A DNA stretch of 53,583 nt from Octopus bimaculoides (lineage: Eukaryota), in the NCBI RefSeq assembly GCF_001194135.2, contig NC_068982.1, positions 141,246,717 to 141,300,299 of the forward strand. Reading direction: 5' to 3'. The notes below the pieces were generated by a model. The model was given only the letters and a program-made list of their open reading frames with translations, was not told the origin of the DNA and searched no databases. This document shows positions 37,440 to 50,573 of this stretch, piece after piece; positions within the stretch are counted from its first letter, which is position 1, and the number at the start of each line of letters is the position of its first letter. The translations under genes were made by a program, and so were the position numbers.

Positions 37440-37650
37440 AAGAGGCAGGCTGATAGACTCATTAACACGCCGGGGAAAAATATGCTTTGTAGCATTTCAT
37501 CCCTCTTGAGTTCAAATCCCGCCAATGTCCATTTTGCTTGTCATTCTTTCGGTGTCGATAAAATAATTACCATTTGAGCGCTAGTGTCGATGTAACCGAC
37601 TTACCCGACCCTCGAACTTGCCGGTTTTCTGCCAAAATTTGAAATAAATA
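37440..37650 (+). mobile_element. SINE family A
   Basis: AACACGCCGGG..GAGTTCAAATCCCGCC..TCGATAAAATAATTACCA..GTCGATGTAACCGACTTACC..CCAAAATTTGAAA. Confidence 0.8.
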
Positions 37651-37809
37651 TAATACTCCATTAGAGTTTAGCTTTTTTTTACGACTAATTTTATAAGCAC
37701 AGTTGATACTGTTTCATTGGTAAAGAATATCCGACGTCAATTACAGGGAATTTTGGTAGTATTTCTAACATAAAACCAAAGCGGATATTCCGATAGGCAA
37801 ACTTATTTA

Positions 37810-39104
37810 TTAGGTTGTCAAAAAAGTTCTTGTGAAATTTTTAATTTTGGTTTTAAATGATGTATTTCCAGATTAATTGTCATTAAATTATTTTGGCTTT
37901 ATATATCATTTTATAACCGGTTTTTCGCTCTATCTAATCGTGTTACTCGTTTTCATTTCGAATAAGTAGTCCATTTTCTCCGGGACGTTGAATACAACAT
38001 GGACAAAAAGCAAAATCGCACAATTTTCTTATTCCAGTTCAAGCTATGCCGAAAATCTGCTGAAACAGCTTGCGATATCAACGATGCGTTTGGCCCAGGA
38101 ACCACTAATGAACGTACAACACAATGGTGGTTCAAGAAATTTCGTACTGGTGACGAGGGTCTTGAAGTTGATAAGCGTAGTGGTCGGCCATTGAATCTTG
38201 ACATCGATCAACTAAGGACCTTAGTCCTTAGTCGAAACCAATCCACGCGCAACTGTTCGAGACCTTGCTTCTGAATTAAACGTAACGTATACGACAATTT
38301 CCAACTACTTGAAAGAGATTGGAAAAACAAAACTACTTAAGAGATGGGTGCCGTACGAATTTAACGACAATAAAAAAAAAAAAAGAAACGCCGTTTTGGA
38401 GTGTCGTCTTGCCTTCTTTTACACAAGAATGACTCGTTTCTTGACCAGATTGTGACTTGCAAGGAAAAGTTGATTGTTTACGACAACCGGCGACGCTCAG
38501 CGCAGTGGTTGGACGCTGACGAAGCTCCACAACACTTCCCGAAGCCAAGGTCACACCAAAAGAAGGTCATGGTGACTGTTTGTTGGTCTTCGGCCGGTCT
38601 CATCCATCACAGCTTTTGGGATCCAGGCGAAACCATTACTGCGGAGAAGTAATGTCAGCAAATAGATGAAATGCATAAGAAACTTGGTCAACAACAGCCA
38701 GCATTGGTCAATAGAAAAGGACCAATTCTTCTCCACGAAAACGTCGGCCGCACGTCGCGCAACTGACCCTCCAGAATTTGAACGAATTTGGCAACGAAAC
38801 TCTGCCTCATTCATCATACACACGAGACCCCTCGCCTACCGACTACCACTTTTTCGAGCATCTCCATAACGTCCTGCGTGAGAAATGCTTCGAAAGCGAA
38901 GACGATGCCAAACATGCCTTCAACGATTTCATCGCCACCAGAACGCATGATTTTTACGCTACTGGCATAAATGAACATGTTTCGCGTTGGAGAAAATGTG
39001 CTGATTCTGATGGTGTTTATTTCGATTAAAAATTTTATTTGAGCCGAGATATATGCATCTGAATTTAAAGGTTAAAAGCCGCAAGAACTTTCTTGACAAC
39101 CTAA
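37810..39104 (+). mobile_element. Full-length defective mariner (SETMAR/Hsmar1-like transposase), 1295 bp
   Basis: Near-perfect TIRs TTAGGTTGTCAA(A/G)AAAGTTCTTG(T/C)G at both ends; TA at 37808-09; the right flank is TC. Confidence 0.95.
37999..39029 (+). pseudogene. Mariner transposase pseudogene
   Basis: ATG MDKKQNRTIFLFQFK, WFKKFRTGD..RSGRP, WVPYEF, IVTCKEKLIVYDN, KKVMVTVCWS, PILLHEN, YTRDPSPTDYHFF, RWRKCADSDGVYFD*. Frameshifts present; the first two catalytic Asp residues are substituted. Confidence 0.92.
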
Positions 39105-40190
39105 TCATTCATAATCTACAGGTGATTATTTTAGAAACGTTTAAATGATATGGAGTGTATTTCATTCTAATCTCTATCGAGTTGATTATTATATCCATCT
39201 ATAATAATAATATAATTTATTGTAATTTTTGGGATTGTCATATAACCGATCATTATAAGAAACTATACAATGTTTGTTTTTTTTTAACGTTAATTATTTT
39301 CGGGAGTTGGGTTAATATACCTATGTCATTTCTTATAAATCTATATTCCCGTAAGCACTCAGCATGCAAATAATTATAATGCCAACTAAAATTTCCCGGA
39401 GGTTTAAGAACGTAAAGGAGATCACACAAATTCCATCCTTACAATAAAGGTTGCCGAAATACAGCATGAGAGCCAAGGAATCGATAAGGCTGTAGCCTGA
39501 AGTCAACCAGCAGCCAGTAGCGGAATCGTATACTAATTGTATAAATGCAGTGGTGGAGAGCCTCTAAAACCCCGAACAATCTCAAAACCTACCAAAATAA
39601 GAAAATAGCGATATTAAATTCCACAACAGATATAGTCCAATAAAGTTGAAATAGCTTTCGAAAAGAAACCCTATTACCGGTAAAGTTTACATTAGAATCA
39701 TGTTGAAATTTAACAGCAAAACTGAAGTTTATATTAAAAGAACTAACTCAGCTTCCGATGTTTTGTCATATAATTATAAAAAAAAACATACCCATAAAGA
39801 AGCTGAATAACAAAGAAAACTTATGGAAAAGATGACTCTATACAATTTTAACATAGATATCGAAATATAAAGATTCACGAAAAGTTCCGCAAAAAAGATT
39901 ACGATTTAGCGATAACTGAACAAAAGTGAAGATCTCACGAAGAAAAATAATCCCTAAAATCAGTTAAAAGAGAATGCTATTAAAGTTTACGGTCAACATA
40001 TTAAAGATTTTACTCCAATTTGAAAAGCCGAATTCATAATAGAATACTCAACTGATTATTCTTTCTTGAGGAAATATAAACTCCAAAAATGTTCCCGCAA
40101 GGGATGGATCAATTACTATAAAATCTAACTTATTTTCACAAAAGATACTCGATGAATAACATTAATTCTGGAATATCTATACACGACACT

Positions 40191-40400
40191 GTGAGCTGGC
40201 AGAAACGTTAGAACGTCGAGTGCAACGCTTAGCGGTATTTCGTCTGTCTTTATGTTCTGAGTTCAAATTCCGCCGAGGTCAACTTTGCCTTTCATCCTTC
40301 CGGGGTCGATAAATTAGGTACCAGTTGCGTGCTGGGTTCGATCTAATGGACTGGCCCACTGTGTAAAGATTTCGGGCCTTGTGACTAGACTAGGAAAGAA
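40191..40400 (+). mobile_element. SINE family A (well-preserved copy)
   Basis: GAGCTGGCAGAAACGTTAG (A box), GAGTTCAAATTCC (B box), GAGGTCAACTTTGCCTTTCATCC..GGTCGATAAATTAGGTACCAG, tail GGGCCTTGTGACTAG. Confidence 0.92.
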
Positions 40401-40830
40401 AATGTAGACTTCACACCATCTCCATATAAGGAAACCGCGGGGATTAATGCTCATGCCTGGCCATTTTCCAATACTTAAATCTAAAGAGAAAATAAATTTT
40501 GGTGAGAGAAAAATTTGCGTTGTACATCTGATGTTCGATAAAAAATCAATACATATTTGAAATGCGATCTGAGATTTGATTTATATTTGTTAATGTCATT
40601 TCACGATATCTAATTTCACTTTGCTTGAATTATTGTTATTCATCAATTCTGTGCTATCATAATTATGCAAAGAGGAAATGTATTTTAATAAATAGAGCTA
40701 TTTTCGACGTAGTTTTTACAAAATCACCATTGGTGTAATGGTTATTTGTAGTGAATACACGCTGTGAGTTCTACTCTGAAATGATGGGCTTCAAATTTTG
40801 GCACAATTCAAGAGTTTTCCGGGAGAGGAT

Positions 40831-41003
40831 TCAATCGATTACGTCGGCAAGAGTGCTTACTTCGTACTTATTTCGTCGACCACAAAAAAGGAAAAAAAAC
40901 AAAGTCGGCTTTTGTAGAATTTGTACTCAAAATATAAAGAGCTACAGAATTGAAGCAAAAAGTTTTGTCAGACGCATTGCGATTCTACCCGCGACCGCCT
41001 TCT
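40831..41003 (-). mobile_element. Degenerate SINE family A
   Basis: AATCGATTACGTCG..GTACTTATTTCGTCGACC..AAAGTCGGC..AATTTGTACTCA..CCGCC matches the reverse complement of family A. Confidence 0.6.
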
Positions 41004-41784
41004 GTTAAGAAATTAATTGTATGTAATATTACGTAAAACTTATTTAAGAAATCCGATGAAATTTGCAAACTTTAAATCTGGGTGTTTCCCTCTTAATATT
41101 TATCTTAGAAACATCTGCACTAAACCCTGATTGTACAAAACGGCCATCTTTATTTAACATTTCTAAAGTTTTCTCATTAATCTTACGTAGATATTAAACG
41201 ATTGAAAAATAAAATGGGTTTGTCTACAAACTTTAATGCAAAAGCATTTACCTGCTATTTGTCAAAAACCTGTATGTATATAGTCAGTATTTGTTCGATA
41301 ATGTTTTTCATGCATTCTTTCTTCTGTAGAGCAGTAAAAGAACAACTGAATGATGAGTTATTTCAAAAGAAAATATAAATGATGCTTCCACTGTCAAGTG
41401 CGATGCATTTGCGTTCAAAGAGGTTATAATTTTTTTCTAAGTGGAAAGCCGTTTCTTCATTGCGTGTAGTAAACGTCATTTTCGAAAAATAACTACATAT
41501 GAAGCAAACCCTTCAAAATTCATATTTAATAATGAAATAGCACTTACAATTATTCTGTTTTGTTCAAAATGTCGGTTAGAGGTATCATTGTTACATCTGA
41601 AAACACACACACAAACAAAAAAAAAAATAATAATTCTTGTCCATTTTGATAAGTTTACGCTCTCTTGAAAACATTTCGTAGTTTGAAGTCGTGTTTTCTT
41701 CCAGAAGCAGATCCATAAATTTATTTTTGACCATAATGTGATTAGTAAATAACATCAGCTTAAACGCTGAAAATGTATATTGAA

Positions 41785-41838
<54 letters not shown>

Positions 41839-42603
41839 GATACTATATATTGTATAGTCCACAACCATTAGTACTATATCTTTTTCTCGATAATCATTGA
41901 CTGCATCTGTTCGATTTTCGTAGAGTTACTTTTAAACAGTAGCAACTGCCATGAGTACTTGCCTTACGGAACATCGAAAACTGATGTTTTCAAAATTTGG
42001 ATCTGCAGATATATATTTTTCTGTATCTACTTTACATTCCAAATTACACGGCTGGTTGCTACTACTGGCGATATCATATTTGGTTAGATTGCAGATTTCA
42101 AATATAACTATAGTATTTTTCTTTTAATCACATGGATAATCTCATCTACATGCATTTGTTACACTCCCCATATTTCATATATATAAGAACCTACCGTATA
42201 TCTATTTAATATGCGCAACATTCCCTTGAGGAAATGGACATTTTTCAACTCACCTTAAAAATAAATAAATTTCAACCATATAACCTCTGATATATAGAAA
42301 GAAAATGAAACGAATTATATTAAAAGAAGAACGACAAATAAATATATGTGGTGCACACATTGAAAAGAACAGAAATAAGGTATAAATAAAATAACATTTT
42401 TTATTAGATTAACTTTCATTTTACAATGATTTGAAATTACTAAATGTCCCTATTTATGAAGTTAAAAACTTCAGCGTGTTCTATTTGTAAGGGATTTATT
42501 CTTTTGATTTAAAATTTATTTATGTGGTTGTAACTGTAAATTACCCAACTGCGCATTTCTATAACTTTTATTTCCCATAACTAAAGGTAGTTTTTAAAGC
42601 CAG

Positions 42604-42639
<36 letters not shown>

Positions 42640-44329
42640 NNNNNNNNNNNNNNNNNNNNNNNNNNNNNNNNNNNNNNNNNNNNNNNNNNNNNNNNNNNNN
42701 NNNNNNNNNNNNNNNNNNNNNNNNNNNNNNNNNNNNNNNNNNNNNNNNNNNNNNNNNNNNNNNNNNNNNNNNNNNNNNNNNNNNNNNNNNNNNNNNNNNN
42801 NNNNNNNNNNNNNNNNNNNNNNNNNNNNNNNNNNNNNNNNNNNNNNNNNNNNNNNNNNNNNNNNNNNNNNNNNNNNNNNNNNNNNNNNNNNNNNNNNNNN
42901 NNNNNNNNNNNNNNNNNNNNNNNNNNNNNNNNNNNNNNNNNNNNNNNNNNNNNNNNNNNNNNNNNNNNNNNNNNNNNNNNNNNNNNNNNNNNNNNNNNNN
43001 NNNNNNNNNNNNNNNNNNNNNNNNNNNNNNNNNNNNNNNNNNNNNNNNNNNNNNNNNNNNNNNNNNNNNNNNNNNNNNNNNNNNNNNNNNNNNNNNNNNN
43101 NNNNNNNNNNNNNNNNNNNNNNNNNNNNNNNNNNNNNNNNNNNNNNNNNNNNNNNNATATATATATATATATATACACACATAAATATGCGTGGGTATTT
43201 GTGTTTGTGTGTGTGTGTGCGTTTGTGGGTGTGCCTGAATGATTGTGACTAGTATAGCTGGCGTCTCATATGCAGTTGTTCGAAATTCACTTTCCAATTA
43301 CCACGCTCTTGATCGACATTTTCCAAGCGTAGAGTAAGATATCAGAGATAACAGATACCATCTCACCTAAACACAAATAACTATCGCCTTTTGGCATTCA
43401 GTACTCCTTGTACATCTCACCTAATACCAAAGTTCATGCATATATATATATGTGTGTATATATNNNNNNNNNNNNNNNNNNNNNNNNNNNNNNNNNNNNN
43501 NNNNNNNNNNNNNNNNNNNNNNNNNNNNNNNNNNNNNNNNNNNNNNNNNNNNNNNNNNNNNNNNNNNNNNNNNNNNNNNNNNNNNNNNNNNNNNNNNNNN
43601 NNNNNNNNNNNNNNNNNNNNNNNNNNNNNNNNNNNNNNNNNNNNNNNNNNNNNNNNNNNNNNNNNNNNNNNNNNNNNNNNNNNNNNNNNNNNNNNNNNNN
43701 NNNNNNNNNNNNNNNNNNNNNNNNNNNNNNNNNNNNNNNNNNNNNNNNNNNNNNNNNNNNNNNNNNNNNNNNNNNNNNNNNNNNNNNNNNNNNNNNNNNN
43801 NNNNNNNNNNNNNNNNNNNNNNNNNNNNNNNNNNNNNNNNNNNNNNNNNNNNNNNNNNNNNNNNNNNNNNNNNNNNNNNNNNNNNNNNNNNNNNNNNNNN
43901 NNNNNNNNNNNNNNNNNNNNNNNNNNNNNNNNNNNNNNNNNNNNNNNNNNNNNNNNNNNNNNNNNNNNNNNNNNNNNNNNNNNNNNNNNNNNNNNNNNNN
44001 NNNNNNNNNNNNNNNNNNNNNNNNNNNNNNNNNNNNNNNNNNNNNNNNNNNNNNNNNNNNNNNNNNNNNNNNNNNNNNNNNNNNNNNNNNNNNNNNNNNN
44101 NNNNNNNNNNNNNNNNNNNNNNNNNNNNNNNNNNNNNNNNNNNNNNNNNNNNNNNNNNNNNNNNNNNNNNNNNNNNNNNNNNNNNNNNNNNNNNNNNNNN
44201 NNNNNNNNNNNNNNNNNNNNNNNNNNNNNNNNNNNNNNNNNNNNNNNNNNNNNNNNNNNNNNNNNNNNNNNNNNNNNNNNNNNNNNNNNNNNNNNNNNNN
44301 NNNNNNNNNNNNNNNNNNNNNNNNNNNNN

Positions 44330-44364
<35 letters not shown>

Positions 44365-44619
44365 AATGTGTGTATGTGTGTGACAGAGAGAGAGGGGGAG
44401 AGAAATATAATTCTAGATAGATATATATATTTAGAGAGAGCGAAAGAGTGAGAGATAAGTGTGTCAAAGAAAAGAAAGTGGCAGTTAACACATTTGTTAG
44501 GAGTTACATATATTGCTTAATAACAGTTTCATGCATCTTCCTGCTGTGTAGGCTGATAGAGCAAACCTTACTCGTGAGACATCGACAGAAAGAATAACAT
44601 AACATGAGACAAATATGGT

Positions 44620-45020
44620 TTATAGACGATAGGCCTGCACTTGACATCTAATACGACGTGTATAATCAGTCAAGAAGCGATATGAATTATTGCCCTTGTC
44701 GTGAGACACATTTGGACGAAGAGCATTTAGGCATGTAACTCTCGCGACTATGTCTGGGTCTTGCGGTAAAATTTATGTAACAAAATAATTTTCTTTCAGT
44801 GGGTACTACACATCACACATGGCAGAGCCGGCTGTTGCAATAGGTTAGTAAAGAATTAACACCTTTGCGGTAACAGCCTTAGGAACAATTCAATTTGGTG
44901 GTGCTGGAATAAAATATCATGATGCTAGGTTGAATTGTCTGTATGGAGGGATCTGTAGTCTATAGAAGTCGCAAGGTTTAAGTACCGTTCCGCTGAATAT
45001 GGTTCAACCATGTCTACTTA
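44620..45020 (-). mobile_element. CR1-like LINE 3' fragment, highly degenerate
   Basis: Minus strand DMVE(H)IQRNGT (~DxLExVQRRAT) followed by .PYRQ..L; the rest is weak. Confidence 0.4.
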
Positions 45021-46331
45021 CCACACCGCACCGCCACTCCTGCACCTATATGTATATATATATNNNNNNNNNNNNNNNNNNNNNNNNNNNNNNNNNNNNN
45101 NNNNNNNNNNNNNNNNNNNNNNNNNNNNNNNNNNNNNNNNNNNNNNNNNNNNNNNNNNNNNNNNNNNNNNNNNNNNNNNNNNNNNNNNNNNNNNNNNNNN
45201 NNNNNNNNNNNNNNNNNNNNNNNNNNNNNNNNNNNNNNNNNNNNNNNNNNNNNNNNNNNNNNNNNNNNNNNNNNATATATATATAAAGATAGATAGATAT
45301 GAATGTATTTATGTTTATTTGTATATATACACACACATACATGCATATGTATGTGTACTCTGCTTGAAAAGGTTAATCGAAAACGCTCATAATCTACCAA
45401 ATGACTTCTTCCAAAATAGGTTAATAAAATCCTGATAAAAGACTTCTTTTAAAAAAAATCACCTCTGGCCGAAATAGGATTAATGTAATGTAATGTAATA
45501 TAAAGATGAAGCAAATTAACACCAAATATACAGCGCGTATGTTTTTATTGGCTAAACTGGCAATATGACCATCCCCAAGTACAATAATATATATATATAT
45601 AATCATACCAGATGGAATGATCAGACACCATTACAAATCATTGTAACTTTTACGGCGCAACAATGCCGCTTTGTTATTGAACGATATTACATATATTATA
45701 CACATTATTGTATTAACAAGATCCGGCAATTGCTGTGTGCATGTCCGTTTTCAGGTGACTGGGTCCTACAGCCTTCGTGTCTTTCCGTATGGCTAAAATC
45801 TTTCATCAAGGCTAGACGTCCCTTATAGTTACAATTCTTCACCTCGCTGCATCTAAACCAAACCGCATTCCCATATACACACAAAACACCATAGGCCGTC
45901 CACATTTCTTTGCCTTCTATCCACAACCACCACACACATTCCCTACAAAGTGTATCTGTTTAGCTAAAACACACAGCATATCTCCTTAACGTACATACAG
46001 CTACAAACTCACATACGTGTACATAAACACCTTCACGCTCCGCACTCACATCAGCTCCTACAATCTCACTTACTTCTCACACGTGCTGTAACAGGCATAT
46101 AGTCATGTAGTCACCAACACCTACATTCTTTGTCACCTCTGTTACAACTGACACCTCCATCCTTGTGGTCCCACATCTATCCCCTTAACCACACACTTTC
46201 ATCAGATACTCTGACATATTCACGCATACACACATACACACGCGTGTAGGCACGTGCGCTCATATAAATACAGAGGCATGATAATGCCTCTGTATTCATG
46301 AGTAAAGGTATAATGCACAAACAAACATGTG

Positions 46332-46345
46332 ACACACACATGCAG

Positions 46346-46395
<50 letters not shown>
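46332..46395. repeat. (CA)n microsatellite
   Basis: Direct inspection. Confidence 0.93.
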
Positions 46396-46396
<1 letters not shown>

Positions 46397-46508
46397 CTAT
46401 GCAATCTCACACTCACGTATATGTCGCATGTGTCTCTTACACCTACGAATGAGAGAAAACCCCATGTTGACCACTATACGCATACACTTACACGGACACA
46501 CACACAAC

Positions 46509-46742
46509 TTAGTTCTTTACTGCCCACAAGGGTCTACACAGAGAGGGGACATACAATGACAGACAAACGGATGAAGTCGATTATATCGACCCCAGTGCGT
46601 AACTGGTACTTATTTAATCGAACCCGAAATGATGAAAGGCAAACGTCGACCACGGCAAAATTTGAACTCTGAGCGTAGCGGCAGACGAAATACCGCTAGG
46701 CATTTCGCCCGGCGTGCTAACGATTTTGCCAGCTCGCCACCT
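46509..46742 (-). mobile_element. SINE family A with an alternative 3' tail
   Basis: Reverse complement GGTGGCGAGCTGGCAAAATCGTTAGCACGCCGGGCG..GAGTTCAAATT..TAAATAAGTACCAGTTACGCACTGGG; the tail differs from the 40191 copy. Confidence 0.9.
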
Positions 46743-48267
46743 GGAAGCTTCATATACTAACTTTAGACAGTCTCAAGTACATACACATATATACATACGA
46801 CCAGTCACAAGCACACGCACAGAAAAAATACAGAATGCATATTTATATATCGTTTCACACTAACGCAGTACTTTTTCACATAAAGACATTAACATTCGCA
46901 CTCCCACACATACATATACACGCTCACATCATCTTCATACTCACACACGTGCATGACAACACAAATACCCACGTGAGCATGCTGGCCTAGACACACCTTT
47001 ATACAAACATATTACACAGACATACACATGCTTCAACATGGCACACATTGTGTCACTGTTATCTACATTGCCTCCCACTTATGTAACGAATTACTTCTTG
47101 CTATTAGTTCAACGTGTGCAGACCTAAATCCAAGCACGTTTTTTGTCCCCATGAAAATTCCTCTCCCCATTTGTTTTTCTCCATTATCAATTTTCCTGAG
47201 CGTAAGACTAATGTCCCTTTTGTGCTTTGGTTTTTTTAATTTTCATTTTGCATCGTTTCTACATCATGTATGTGTAGATTTACATATATGTATGCTTGTT
47301 TGTTTGTTTGTTTCTATGAGTGTGTGTGTGTGTACGTGCATGTATTTCTTTATTTATTTCTTATATTGATAACTTGCCCAAAAGCCGCACTTCGTGCCGA
47401 CATTTACACAGCCTTCTTGTTGGGCTTGCAGCCCGAATTTGAATACAGTAATGATAATAAAGCTTGTATTGGTATACAACCAGTATGGTACTACCTCACT
47501 AATATTGCATTACTTTCCATTCATACAAAAGGAAAAACCTCCAGGTTCACAAATTTTTGCAGTATTTTTATAAGTTGAATTTTCAACTGTTAGTATATTA
47601 TAAATCCTCACCCGAACCTAATCCCACTGGTGGATGTTCAAAAACCAAATAAAGAGCAGATTTACAACCCCGGGATTATCTCAGTTCCAAGAAAGCATAA
47701 TATATCTATGTGTAACAAACATAAACTGAGACACAAGTATCCCGGTTGGATGTAGAGTTAGATTTTCGCGTTTATAATATATGTAGCCAAACGGGAACGT
47801 GGAACTCTGAGTAACAGTTGTTGTTATATTTTTGCTGCATTTTAATAAAGTATATATGCATGTAGATATATATATATATACGCATATACACATATATATT
47901 TAAAGGGCACAATGCAAGCATTTAAGCACTACTAATAGTTTCAAACCATACATCGTAACGAACTAAAAAAAAATTGCATAGTAGAAGAAACGTGAGAAAA
48001 ACTAAGATGGCAGCATAAAGAAAACGCAGTGAGTTAAAAACGTAAAACGAAAAACGAAAGTGAAAACACAAAAACTAAAATGTAAAAGATAAAAAGGTAA
48101 ACAGTCAAATGAGATATCTTCCTTACACCTAAAATGATAAGGATGGAAAAATATCAAATTAGTCAGGAATAAGCGAAATTTTCCAATTCTTCAAAATATA
48201 TTAATACATAAGCTTGCAACCAGTTGGAATACATATTTTGTTGAATTTTCTGTCACGAAACAGTACA

Positions 48268-48269
48268 TT

Positions 48270-48312
<43 letters not shown>

Positions 48313-48407
48313 GGGGGGGTGTCTGTGTGTGTGTGTGTGTTCGTGCGTGTGTTCGTGCGTGTGTGTGTGTATATATGTATGTATGTACGTGTGTATATGT
48401 ATGTATG

Positions 48408-48450
<43 letters not shown>

Positions 48451-48462
48451 GCACACACACAT

Positions 48463-48547
<85 letters not shown>

Positions 48548-48552
48548 CACAC
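48268..48552. repeat. Long compound (AT)/(GT)/(CA) microsatellite
   Basis: About 285 bp of nearly continuous alternating purine-pyrimidine sequence. Confidence 0.95.
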
Positions 48553-48929
48553 TTGAGTTAAGGAATAGAGTAGAGAAGATCCAGGCTAGTTATGTTTCAT
48601 AGCGATCGGAATCCCGGAATCGGTAAATATGCAAGCGAGGTGCATAGCGCAGGCTACTCTTGAGGCCAAGTTTATCTTGATTAAATGAAAGTTTACATTG
48701 TCGTAAGTAGGTACATGCTGACGTATGCAAGATTTAATATTACACCCTATTGGAATAAAGTATCTTATGATTATTAACTTATGTGAATATTGGTGTGGTA
48801 AAGGGTTTAATATTCATTCCCCAGGAGTTATTGCATTTGAGACGAGAAACAGAGAATTAGATGTAGGAATAAATGAAAATAAAATGGAGGTGGCTGTGTG
48901 CTTAACTGGTGTTTCTTTTTTCTACCTAG

Positions 48930-49022
48930 AAACGATAAAAGACAAAATAGAACTTGGCAGAATTTGAAATCAAAACGTAAAGACGAGACGAAATGTCGCT
49001 AAGTATTTTGCCAGCTCGCTCG
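48930..49022 (-). mobile_element. SINE family A, 5' part
   Basis: GGCAGAATTTGAAATCAAAACGTAAAGACGAGACGAAATGTCGCTAAG..TTGCCAGCTCGC. Confidence 0.65.
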
Positions 49023-49039
49023 TAAATGAAAACACATCT

Positions 49040-49221
49040 TGATTTCAATTTTGTTGGGTGAGGGCGCTAGTTGATTACATCGAATCCGGCGCTCAAATGG
49101 TACTTGTTTTATTGACCTCGAATGAATGAACGGCCGTATTTGAACTCAGAACTTAAAAACAGACGTGAGGCTGCGAATCATTTTCTCTGGCGTGCTAACG
49201 ATTTTGCCAGATCGCTGCCTG
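49040..49221 (-). mobile_element. SINE family A
   Basis: GATTACATCGA..GGTACTTGTTTTATTGACC..ATTTGAACTCAGAAC..GGCGTGCTAACGATTTTGCCAG. Confidence 0.75.
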
Positions 49222-49649
49222 AAGAGAAATAATGATACAACTTCAAACCATAAGCACACACACACACGTACACACACAGACTCACACATTCTTACACATG
49301 CAAGAACAAGTATTTACAAAAGTATATGTCGAACTACAATCTCAAGAACGCATGCACGTTTGTGTTTCTATATATGCATGTGTATATATTTACAAATATA
49401 TGTTTACATATCTTCTTTAAACCTATTCTACGACTATGGGTTCTCGTACTGAGACTTGTCATACGATAATTTATTATATATATGGATTTAATATTATCAG
49501 TTTATTATATCTTTGAAGAATGTATGTAATTAAAGTTTGTATTGAAAGCTTATGACATTATTATAAATAATGCAAACATTTCAGTGACTTGCTCATTATT
49601 CCAAAGATAGAGAAGGAAGTTAGTATACATTCCTGTATATCATAATATA

Positions 49650-50573
49650 TCTGGTCATCCCATAAGTTCAGTCCGACTTTACCATTTTCAAAAATTGAAT
49701 GAAATTTAATAGTATTTAAGAATGTTTAATAGCATTTAAAATTATTTTTGTGAATTTGTGTACATTTAAACTTATTACATATTATTTTACAGAAAAATAG
49801 AATTAGAATTTCTTTGGATACTTTCATGTTAGAAAGGGTTTTAATCAATGAGCTTTTAAAGTACATAATGCTTTATGAGTACAAAACAGGAAACTCTGCA
49901 GCTGAAGCGACTCGAAACATACACACAGTTTATGAGAAAGAATGCTTGAATGAAAGAACTTACAGATAAATGTTTGCAAAATTCTGAAGTGGAGATTTCA
50001 GACTTGAAGCTGAAGATCGAACAGGACATCCAGTTAAGTTTGATGGTAAGCTCCTTGAGGCATTACTTGAAGAAAATCCGCCATTATCAGTCGACGAATT
50101 GGCAATAAATCTTAATTCAAACCATACATTTCACCGTCATCTTCAACAACTTGGAAAGGTTCCCAAACTTGAAAAATGTGTGCCTCATGAATTGTCCGAA
50201 GGTAACCGCAAATCCCGAGTTGACATCTGCCCTTCTCCCCATACTCGCGAACTCATTTCAACCTTTTTGGATAGACTTGTGACTGGTAACGAAAAATGGA
50301 TCTTCTATCGAAATGATAAATGTCGTAAACAGTGGCTTGGTAAAGGGGAAAAAAGCTCAACCACAACCGAGACGGGAACTTCATGGGAAAAAGGTTATTC
50401 TCTCTATCTGATGGAATTGCTAAGGAGTAATTAACTCTGAATTGTTACCACCGAATGCAGCAATCACTGCTCAAGTCTACTGTCAGCAATTACAGCGTTT
50501 GAACCAAGAATTAGAAGAAAGAAATATCCACTTTAGTGAATGGAAAAGAAGTGATGTTTCATCAGGAAAACAC
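49650..50573 (+). mobile_element. Mariner, 5' three-quarters (cut by an N-gap), pseudogenised
   Basis: TA then TIR-like TCTGGTCATCCCATAAGTTCAGTCCG. Translation YIMLYEYKTGNSAAEATRNI, LEENPPLS.DELA, KCVPHELSE, RLVTGNEKWIFY, ITAQVYCQQLQRL, FHQEN. Confidence 0.9.

Noticed and set aside
37999-39029. Host SETMAR gene
   Set aside because: No SET domain is present. The ORF is bounded by TIRs and broken by frameshifts, so it is a free mariner pseudogene.
31990-42110. Further faint mariner-like snippets (about 32080-32370, 36980-37100, 41950-42090)
   Set aside because: Only one or two weak motifs each; insufficient to call without an HMM search.
47380-47445. C1-domain-like peptide PHFVPTFTQPSCWAC
   Set aside because: Spacing does not fit the C1 His/Cys pattern, and the remaining ligands are absent.
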